Assembly: GCA_016703885.1 (NCBI GenBank)
Contig: JADJBD010000047.1
Span: 1 to 33,253 of the forward strand
Reading direction: 5' to 3'
Source of the DNA: Leptospiraceae bacterium
GTDB lineage: Bacteria > Spirochaetota > Leptospiria > Leptospirales > Leptospiraceae
DNA: 33,253 bases
In this document: positions 26,434-33,253 of the stretch, piece by piece
How the letters are laid out: each line of letters begins with the position of its first letter
How positions within the stretch are numbered: the stretch's first letter is position 1
Position numbers and translations under genes: made by a program
Notes under the pieces: model-generated
Databases searched by the model: none
Told to the model about the DNA's origin: nothing
The model's input: the letters and a program-made list of their open reading frames with translations, nothing else

Positions 26434-27045
26434 TTATAAACTAATCGATTGAATAAAATGACTTATAACATCTGGCATTAAGATAGCTGTAATCACCATA
26501 CCGGCTACTGCTCCATAAAAATGAGCTTCGTGGTTGATGTTGTCGTATTGATTTTCTGCGGAATAATAAGAGTATGCGAGATATAGAAATCCAAACACAA
26601 AGGCAGGAACTCCAATTGGAATAAACATGATACCGATCTTAGCCATTGGTTGAAATAGAATGAAACTAAAAATTACACCCGATACGCCGCCTGACGCACC
26701 GAGACTGCGATACACAGGATTCGTTTTATTTTTAAGAATACAGGTATACACGCTCGCCACTATAGAGCCAAAATAGACTAGAAAGAATTTGGAAGAACCA
26801 AGATAGCTTTCTAAGACAAAGGCAAACGAATAAAAAGAAAACATATTAAAAAGCAAATGCCACATATCCGCATGGATGAACGCATGAGAGAAAATACGAT
26901 AGTATTCTTTTTTGCGAATCATCCCATACGGATGAAGGATGAATCTTTCAATTAAAGATTCATCCTTGTAGAGAGCCCAGAGGCTAATTCCTATTGTCCC
27001 TATTAGGATAAAAGAAGCGACCGGGAATAGAATGAGATATCTCAA
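26434..27045 (-). CDS. Rhomboid family intramembrane serine protease
   Basis: Six TM helices. GASGGVSG (GxSG) and a downstream His in AHFYGAVAG. Confidence 0.8.
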   Translation of the reverse strand: MRYLILFPVASFILIGTIGISLWALYKDESLIERFILHPYGMIRKKEYYRIFSHAFIHADMWHLLFNMFSFYSFAFVLESYLGSSKFFLVYFGSIVASVYTCILKNKTNPVYRSLGASGGVSGVIFSFILFQPMAKIGIMFIPIGVPAFVFGFLYLAYSYYSAENQYDNINHEAHFYGAVAGMVITAILMPDVISHFIQSISL

Positions 27046-28202
27046 GCTTTAGACCTTTTACTAAAATATGCATCCATTTCAGCTATGAACGGATTGATGT
27101 TTTGTTCGTAAGCTAAGATTGCTTGAATTGCTTTTTCGTATACACTCATTACAAGAGCTTGCGCTGCATCACACATTTGTTCTTTACGGAAAGATTCTTC
27201 GTGTAAAGTTTCAGTGATAGAGCCGTCTGCTTTGAATGGAAGACAACCAAGTAGATTTTGCATTACAATCTTATCATCCCCCGCAACATGAGATGGATCA
27301 AAAATAGTAGGCAGTATTGTTTTTTTCTTAGCGTGTGTGATAACGTTAAAGTCAGGAGTATTACGGCAGTAACCTTCTTTGATGAATAGCGTCTTAACAC
27401 CGCGCTCGCAGAGGATAATATTGAGATTCCCCTGATTGGCAATGTATTCTGCTGCCGAGAACCACTCTTCTGCTTCGTTACCAAAACCACGTTTTAGAAT
27501 TACAGGTTTCATCGTCTTACCCACAGCTTCGAGTAATTCAAAGTCTTGAGCGTTTCGAGTTCCGATTTGAATCATGTCTGCATGTTTTGCAACTTCTTCT
27601 GCCATGGTATGATCCATAACTTCGGTTACGTATGGTAAGCCGGTCTCTTCTCTGACTCGGTCAAGCATTTTGATTCCTTCCCATCCAAGTCCACGCCAAT
27701 CAGTTGGTCTTGTTCTTGGTTTGAAGGCGCCACCACGAATAATCATTCTATCTAAGATTCCATATTTTTCACCGAGAGCTTTGGCTTGTTTTGCAATAGT
27801 AAGAGTTTGTTCCAGCGTTTGAGGAGAATCAGGTCCTACGATAAATACATGTTTGCCGTTTCCAATTTTACGAACGAAACCATCAGGACCTTTTACTTCT
27901 ACAATTCTATCTGGTCTATGAACGACTTCGCCTGCTTTTCCAGCGGCTACTCTAGCAATATTTTTATAAGGTGCCGATACATTCCAGATGCGGCTAACAC
28001 CTGCTAGTTCCTTTACGTAACCTGATTTTTCAGAGATTTTTCTTGTGTCTCCAATGAAATGAATGGTATCGCTTACTCCACCACCACGAATAATTTCTAC
28101 ATCATTGCCACACTCTGCGGCTAATTTCTTTATCTTTTCTTCTGTCTCGGAAAATCCCTTTTCTAATTCTACTATGTCCAATTTTTTACCCTCGAAATAC
28201 AA
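27042..28202 (-). CDS. 3-deoxy-7-phosphoheptulonate (DAHP) synthase, class I-beta, with N-terminal regulatory domain
   Basis: GAFKPRTRPTDWRGLG, IQIGTRNAQDFELLEAVGKTMKPVILKRG, ILCERG, DPSH. Note that VGPDS occupies the usual GPCS position. Confidence 0.8.
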   Translation of the reverse strand: MYFEGKKLDIVELEKGFSETEEKIKKLAAECGNDVEIIRGGGVSDTIHFIGDTRKISEKSGYVKELAGVSRIWNVSAPYKNIARVAAGKAGEVVHRPDRIVEVKGPDGFVRKIGNGKHVFIVGPDSPQTLEQTLTIAKQAKALGEKYGILDRMIIRGGAFKPRTRPTDWRGLGWEGIKMLDRVREETGLPYVTEVMDHTMAEEVAKHADMIQIGTRNAQDFELLEAVGKTMKPVILKRGFGNEAEEWFSAAEYIANQGNLNIILCERGVKTLFIKEGYCRNTPDFNVITHAKKKTILPTIFDPSHVAGDDKIVMQNLLGCLPFKADGSITETLHEESFRKEQMCDAAQALVMSVYEKAIQAILAYEQNINPFIAEMDAYFSKRSKA

Positions 28203-28257
28203 AGTCCTATCGAACGAGTAAAAGTCAAGAAATACTAGTAACTCACCTTTCAGAAGA

Positions 28258-28441
28258 TGAGTTTGGGGGTCTACCTTTGTTGAGTAGGTAAAGTTTTACC
28301 AACAAATTACAAAATCCTGTGAATCTTGTTAATCCTGTCCAAAAACGCTTCTAGACATGATTAACAAGATGGACAGTTTATAATTCATATTATTACAACA
28401 CTTAATTTTACCTACTTCTAACAGGTAGACCCTGAGTTTGG
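28258..28441. mobile_element. MITE-like insertion: 166-bp element (28267..28432) with 26-bp terminal inverted repeats, flanked by 9-bp direct repeats TGAGTTTGG
   Basis: TIR-L GGGTCTACCTTTGTTGAGTAGGTAAA. The reverse complement of TIR-R is GGGTCTACCTGTTAGAAGTAGGTAAA (21/26 match). TSDs at 28258-28266 and 28433-28441. An internal 12-bp hairpin (ATCTTGTTAATC / GATTAACAAGAT). No ORF. Confidence 0.55.
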
Positions 28442-28452
28442 ATTTAGGTGGA

Positions 28453-29583
28453 CTAAAGCCCGATGCTACGAGCGATAATTTCTTTCATGATTTCTGTTGT
28501 GCCGGCGTAGATAGTTTGGACTCTTGCATCTAGGTAAGCACGGGCGATTGGATATTCCATCATATATCCGTAGCCACCGAAGAATTGGAGGCAATCGTCT
28601 GTATGTCGCTTTTGCATTTCAGTAGAATACCATTTAGCCATAGAAGCTTCGCTTGTAGTAAGCTCACCCGCCATAATAGCATTAACCGCTTGGTCACAAA
28701 AAGAACGACAGACTTCAAGTTCTGTTTTCATCTCTGCCATCTTAAAACGAATGTGTTGGAAACTACCAATCTTTTTACCAAATGCTTCGCGCTCTTTGAG
28801 ATAACGAAGTGTAATCTCATGCACTGCTGCTGTTGCCTCTGTTGCGCCAACTGCAAGCACAAGTCTTTCCTTAGCAAGTTTAGTCATTAGGTAACGAAAG
28901 CCCTGCCCTTTTTTCCCGATTAGATTTTCTTTGGGAACTTTTACATCTACAAAGTGCAACTCAGATGTATCCTGGGCTTTTAATCCTATCTTTTCGAGAC
29001 GTCTGCCTCTTTCAAATCCAGGCATACCACGCTCTACCATTAAAAGACTCATCGCGTCATCGCTTGTCTTTGCGGCTACTATCACGTAATCTGCGAGTTG
29101 TCCGTTGCTGATAAAAGTCTTGGAGCCATTTAGAAGGAAGTGATCGTCTTTTTCAATTGCGGTGGTTCGAATTGCTTTTAAGTCAGATCCTGTTCCTGGC
29201 TCTGTCATAGCAATCGCTAGAATCTTTTCGCCAGACACACATCCGGGAAGCCATCTTTTCTTTTGCTCTTCGTTCGCGTATTCTGAGATATACGGCGCGA
29301 TAATATCATTGTGAAGAGAAACAAAAAAGCCACTGTTTCCAGCGCGAGAAGATTCTTCGATGATAATGAGGTTGTATAAAAAGTCTGCTCCACTCCCACC
29401 ATATTCCTCTGCGACATCAGGACAGAGTAAACCTGCCTCGCCTGCCTTACGCCAAATCTCCCTTGGAACGATTCCTACTTTTTCCCATTCTTCGTGGAAT
29501 GGCTTCACCTCAGTCTCAAAGAATTTGCGAGTAGTTTCTCTGAAACTGTTGTGCTCTTCTGTGAAAGGAAGACTTCGTTTCAC
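28453..29583 (-). CDS. Acyl-CoA dehydrogenase
   Basis: AMTEPGTGSDL, YLMTKLAKERL, and a C-terminal catalytic region ending EYPIARAYLDARVQTIYAGTTEIM. Confidence 0.85.
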   Translation of the reverse strand: MKRSLPFTEEHNSFRETTRKFFETEVKPFHEEWEKVGIVPREIWRKAGEAGLLCPDVAEEYGGSGADFLYNLIIIEESSRAGNSGFFVSLHNDIIAPYISEYANEEQKKRWLPGCVSGEKILAIAMTEPGTGSDLKAIRTTAIEKDDHFLLNGSKTFISNGQLADYVIVAAKTSDDAMSLLMVERGMPGFERGRRLEKIGLKAQDTSELHFVDVKVPKENLIGKKGQGFRYLMTKLAKERLVLAVGATEATAAVHEITLRYLKEREAFGKKIGSFQHIRFKMAEMKTELEVCRSFCDQAVNAIMAGELTTSEASMAKWYSTEMQKRHTDDCLQFFGGYGYMMEYPIARAYLDARVQTIYAGTTEIMKEIIARSIGL

Positions 29584-29586
29584 TGT

Positions 29587-29901
29587 TTACTGATGCCTTT
29601 CGATGAAGTTTTTGATTTGGTTCTTTGGCAATGCTCCGATTGCTTTATCAACCAATGCTCCGTCTTTGTATAACAAAAGAGTTGGAATAGACTGAATTCC
29701 TAAGTCTTGCGCTGTCTTTTGGTTATCATCTACGTTTAATTTCTTGATGGAAACTTTAGCTCCGTATTCTTTAGATAATTCTTCTAGAACAGGTCCAACC
29801 ATTCTACAAGGACCACACCATTCTGCCCAACAATCTACCAATACTAAACCGGAACCGGTTTCTTGCTTATAAGTTGAATCTGTAATTTCTGCCAATGCCA
29901 T
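29587..29901 (-). CDS. trxA: Thioredoxin
   Basis: 104 aa. Active site WAEWCGPCR. Confidence 0.9.
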   Translation of the reverse strand: MALAEITDSTYKQETGSGLVLVDCWAEWCGPCRMVGPVLEELSKEYGAKVSIKKLNVDDNQKTAQDLGIQSIPTLLLYKDGALVDKAIGALPKNQIKNFIERHQ

Positions 29902-30305
29902 AAAAAACTCCTTTTAAGTGCTTCTTATTATTAGATAGTTAAATATCTAACGATTTCCTTTTTTTATCTAATTCAATAGATATTTTTCGTCTGACTTTGT
30001 CAAGCTTCACAATTAATTGCAGGGAAAAGAATCCTATATTTTCAGCGATCCGATTAGCCATAGCCAACGATACACTAGATTTACAGAGTAATTCTCGCAA
30101 GTGACTGCTTAGAAAATCGATTTTGACTGTTTGAAAATCCAACGGTAAACAGTCAAAATCTATCGGCAAAGTTTACCGACGCGCCGTTAAACTTTAAAGA
30201 TTGTTTAGCTAAACTTTAACGCCACGTTTTTAAACTTAGACAGAAGCCTCGGCAAACACTGCGCAAGCTTTTGCAAACAGGGACAGAGAAAAGTCAGTGA
30301 AACTT

Positions 30306-31844
30306 CTACTCACTCCCAAATTTCTCAAGAATATATTCCCCGATATTACGATCTTTGAACTCAACTCCGACTAGATAAATATCTTTGCCTTTGTTTAAAT
30401 ACTTTTCGTAATACTTCTTGGTTTTGATTTGGGCAAGGGCTTCTTCTTTTGTGCCGCTTAGTTTGAATTCAAAAATATAAATGGAATTGCTTTCGACTAC
30501 TGCATCTACTCGACCAAGATTTGTTTTCACTTCCGTTCGTATCTTAAATCCCAACAAGGTGAATGTAAGATAGAATAGAGTTTGGTAGTATTTCTCTTGC
30601 GGTATATGAAGATCATATTCTATCTTAACAAATATTTTTCGTAAATAGGAAATGCAGGCTTCTAGATCATCGACTGCCAATGCATCTAAAATTTCATAAA
30701 GTATAGAATCAGAAAAATCCTTGTTTCCAAGCTTGCGAGTGAAGTATCCAAGAAAAGCATTCTTAACTTCATAATTCGGAAAATCTAATGTAAAAAGTTT
30801 TCTCTCTGCATTGTAATCCTTGATTGTCAAATACCCTGTCTGAACCAAAAGAGGCGTTAGGCTTAAGTCATCCACTTCATAACTTGAAAAGTTTAAGGCA
30901 TCTGTTTTAATTGGAATTTCTATGATGTCATAGTTATTTTTTAAAATTAATTTAACAAGAAACTCAGGTGTGCCTGTCTCAAACCAATGGTGTTCAAAAC
31001 TTTTCTTTTCAAATGTAAGTAATGTGGAAAAAGGATTGTAAACAGAAATCCCTTTAGGAGAGAAACGATAGCCGTTATACCACAGCCGAATTTTTTCCAA
31101 GAGGTTAACTTCACTTACACCTTCTTCCTTTGCAAATGCTGAAATATAATCTGGAAAATAATTAGTTAATTCTTGTTCTGTAATCCCAATTAAATCAGAA
31201 TAAGCATTATCGAGGGTAATATCAATTAGGTGATTCAAATTGCTAAATACTCCCGCCTTCGAAAACTTACTAACTCCTGTCAGAAGCAGGAATCGAATAT
31301 ACTCATCATTACCCTTTAATACGGTGAAAAATCCTTTCATCACCTCGCGCATTTGAAGCGCAAGCTCTGTATCTTCTAGATGATCGATGATCGGTTTGTC
31401 GTATTCGTCAATTAGGATAACAACTTTTTCTGTCGCTCCTAGTTTCATGATCAGTTCTTCAAATCGTTCAAAGTATTCCTTCTTGCTTAACTGAATAGAA
31501 TGCGCTTCTGCAATATAATCCAATTGATTATTAATAAATCCTATCAAAACCTTTGGCTCATTTGCTTTCTGTTTGCTGAAATCAAATCGTATGACTGGAT
31601 GCTTCTTCCATTTGTATTCCGAATTGTAAATCCAAAGTCCCTGAAAGAGTTCTTTGTTTCCAAGAAAAATTTCTTCGAGTGTAGAAAGAGTAAGACTCTT
31701 TCCAAATCTGCGCGGGCGAGATAGAAAGTAAGCTCCGGCAGGATTTTTGATCATCTGATATATATTTTGTGTTTTGTCTATGTATAGATAATTTCCCTCT
31801 ATGAGTTTTCGGAAAGTTTGAATTCCTATCGGAAGCGGTTTCAT
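30306..31844 (-). CDS. AAA-ATPase-like domain (PF09820-type) protein with C-terminal PD-(D/E)xK nuclease-like domain (DUF1703-type)
   Basis: Characteristic N-terminus LPIGIQTFRKLIEGNYLYIDKT...FLSRPRRFGKSLTLSTLEEIF. Walker B ILIDEYD. C-terminal GRVDAVVE...YIFEFK (D..E.K). Confidence 0.75.
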   Translation of the reverse strand: MKPLPIGIQTFRKLIEGNYLYIDKTQNIYQMIKNPAGAYFLSRPRRFGKSLTLSTLEEIFLGNKELFQGLWIYNSEYKWKKHPVIRFDFSKQKANEPKVLIGFINNQLDYIAEAHSIQLSKKEYFERFEELIMKLGATEKVVILIDEYDKPIIDHLEDTELALQMREVMKGFFTVLKGNDEYIRFLLLTGVSKFSKAGVFSNLNHLIDITLDNAYSDLIGITEQELTNYFPDYISAFAKEEGVSEVNLLEKIRLWYNGYRFSPKGISVYNPFSTLLTFEKKSFEHHWFETGTPEFLVKLILKNNYDIIEIPIKTDALNFSSYEVDDLSLTPLLVQTGYLTIKDYNAERKLFTLDFPNYEVKNAFLGYFTRKLGNKDFSDSILYEILDALAVDDLEACISYLRKIFVKIEYDLHIPQEKYYQTLFYLTFTLLGFKIRTEVKTNLGRVDAVVESNSIYIFEFKLSGTKEEALAQIKTKKYYEKYLNKGKDIYLVGVEFKDRNIGEYILEKFGSE

Positions 31845-31977
31845 AGTTACACTATTGCATTGGATTTTTGGGAGTCAAGGAAATCTAGATTCTGTGTATT
31901 TGCCCAAGAGCGTGGATTAACCCACGCCCTTGGGAAAATACGAATAAGCCCCCATTCAAAATTCTCAAATAACCAAA

Positions 31978-32673
31978 CTACGGTCCAGACACACAACGCA
32001 CATATTTACTAGTACCCTTCGTGTTGCTGTCCACACGGCTATCCAAGAAATCGACAAACCACGCGTCGCTAGTAGGCGACGCAGTAGTAGAACTCGAATA
32101 CTTGGTGGCAACTGTATTCGGAAATAAAGTATTAATGGAAGGACTTGGAGAGCCTCCACAATCTGCTCCATCGTTTGGCATTGTTGTTGTAGTGTTGCAT
32201 TCAATTAGCAATTTTAATTCATTTTTAGTAGGAACCCGCCAGTTGGTTTTACCGTAAGTCCCTGCACCTGCGTTTAAACCATTGCAAGCTGTATACGCAC
32301 TACTTGTGCCAGTCCCATTTAGGAGACCAGTTCCTGCATCATTGCAAGATTGGTCACCTATATTACAGTATTGAACTGTAGTTGCTCCGTAAGCTGTTGC
32401 AGTGCCAGTTCCTGTGCAATCATTCGTGGATGATTTCCATGTTTGTCCATGACTACATTTCATCCAAGTCAGAGTCTGTGCCGTGTAGGTTTGTCCGCCA
32501 AACGTTCCAGCAGTGACTGCCAATTGAACAGTTCCATTATTATTATCACTAAAGACTCCCCAATTTCGCGTTATTGGAACGCTACATACCAAAGTTACAT
32601 TTGTTACATTTGCAGTTGCGGTTCCTATGCCACTTGTCACTGTGCAAATTAATCCAGTTGGTTGTGTTTTCAC
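31978..32673 (-). CDS. DUF1566 (Lcl C-terminal domain) family protein. This is the intact 3' portion of a longer gene whose upstream part is frame-disrupted
   Basis: C-terminal ...SSSTTASPTSDAWFVDFLDSRVDSNTKGTSKYVRCVSGP, typical of DUF1566. The domain-boundary motif KTQPTGLICTVTSGIGTATANVTNVTLVC. The ORF-track start is a GTG immediately after an in-frame stop. Confidence 0.7.
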   Translation of the reverse strand: MKTQPTGLICTVTSGIGTATANVTNVTLVCSVPITRNWGVFSDNNNGTVQLAVTAGTFGGQTYTAQTLTWMKCSHGQTWKSSTNDCTGTGTATAYGATTVQYCNIGDQSCNDAGTGLLNGTGTSSAYTACNGLNAGAGTYGKTNWRVPTKNELKLLIECNTTTTMPNDGADCGGSPSPSINTLFPNTVATKYSSSTTASPTSDAWFVDFLDSRVDSNTKGTSKYVRCVSGP

Positions 32674-33253
32674 GGTTACTGATACGCGCGTTCAGTTGCT
32701 ATCGAAATACTAAATGTGAAGGGATTGTCCGCACCGCTGCTACTGTCGAATCGTTACTGCATTGTTTTGCAATACCAAAAGCCCGTTGCTGTGGTCCGTG
32801 ATCCGTTCCACCGGATTGTAAATGCGACTGCAGCACAGGTAGTATCTGGAGTTATCCGCGTTTCTGGTTGCCGTCCCTGTTCACGCTGAGGCGTGCGGGT
32901 TAATCCACGGTTGGTTGTGTTTTCGCGGTTACTGCATGGGCTGTTCCTGTTGCTATCGCTGGCCGCTAAATGTGAAGCTGAGTCTCACCGCGCTACTGTT
33001 AAATCGTTACCTGCGTTGTTTTGCAATACCGAGCCCGTTGCTGTGAGTCCCGTAATCGTTCCACCGATTGTATAGGTTGCTGCTGTTCCTGTGCCGCCGG
33101 TTGCCGTTGCCTTTGTTGTTGTTCCACTTCTCTGGAGGCAAGGTGCTGCCGCCGCAGACAGGAGGTTTTATCATCCTTTTTTCTCCTGACAATTTACAAA
33201 TGTCAAAGTCGCAACTAGTGTGATTACCGTAAGACCCATTCCATCCATAGACT
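32674..33253 (-). pseudogene. Frameshifted, GC-rich 5' portion of the DUF1566-family gene. It contains two ~250-bp tandem repeat units (about 32655-32820 and 32905-33070) encoding Thr/Gly/Ala-rich domains (..TYTIGGTITGLTATGSVLQNNAGNDLTV..)
   Basis: The best protein-like frame switches at least three times. The two repeat units differ by single-nt indels. A start with an AGGAG RBS lies at about 33189 on the minus strand (ATGATAAAACCT), but the frame is also open to the window end. Confidence 0.35.

Noticed and set aside
29939-30169. 76-aa minus-strand ORF in the trxA upstream region
   Set aside because: It spans the hairpin-dense intergenic region, has no RBS, and its frame is created by the inverted repeats.
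25964-31844. A genomic island or prophage downstream of ssrA
   Set aside because: Despite the duplicated tmRNA 3' end, the downstream genes (rhomboid, DAHP synthase, ACAD, trxA) are housekeeping and no integrase or phage genes are present. Only a scar is supported.
31903-31934. 13-bp-stem hairpin (CCCAAGAGCGTGG / CCACGCCCTTGGG) as a rho-independent terminator of the DUF1566 gene
   Set aside because: It is not followed by a U-tract on either strand (the T-run precedes it on the minus strand), so it is recorded only as a hairpin or REP-like element.
32443-33218. Plus-strand Cys-rich ORFs (32443-32652, 32574-32801, 32893-33075, 33021-33218)
   Set aside because: They are antisense to the GC-rich DUF1566 repeat region. 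The Cys-rich translations (CCCSCAAGCRC) are the reverse-complement signature of Thr/Ala/Gly codons. No RBS or domain.

Overview
AT-rich (about 37% GC) chromosomal segment whose content fits a Leptospira-like spirochete: frequent TTG starts, a DUF1566/Lcl-type paralog, a tmRNA tag ANNELALAA and a plausible spirochete-type lipobox lipoprotein. Plus-strand chemotaxis operon (1-7959): 5'-partial poly-HAMP MCP, cheW, cheA, cheB, an atypical REC-like/HATPase protein, cheY. Directly downstream (8056-10548) is an 830-aa homolog of the eukaryotic major vault protein (MVP), followed by a small Cys-containing secreted protein. Further genes: a MASE1-PAS hybrid histidine kinase; a convergent HIBADH-family dehydrogenase; a GNAT(YoaP-like) / PIG-L deacetylase / patatin cluster; a cytochrome c'-like gene 8 nt upstream of a multi-PAS hybrid kinase; a fatty-acid hydroxylase with a small membrane partner; an orphan BrnA antitoxin with a possible 12-codon BrnT remnant; a large ACAD-like gene with terminator. 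The tmRNA (ssrA) 3' end is duplicated immediately downstream, an att-site-like scar. A minus-strand block trxA - ACAD - [166-bp MITE-like insertion with 26-bp TIRs and 9-bp TSD] - DAHP synthase - rhomboid follows, then an AAA-ATPase-like/PD-(D/E)xK protein, then a DUF1566 gene whose GC-rich repeat-bearing 5' part (to the window end) is frameshifted. Four genes (MCP, CheA, REC/HK, DUF1566) show frame disruptions. These are either real pseudogenization or indel errors in repeat or homopolymer contexts. A 14-nt motif GTTTTGCCACAGAG recurs in three intergenic sites.
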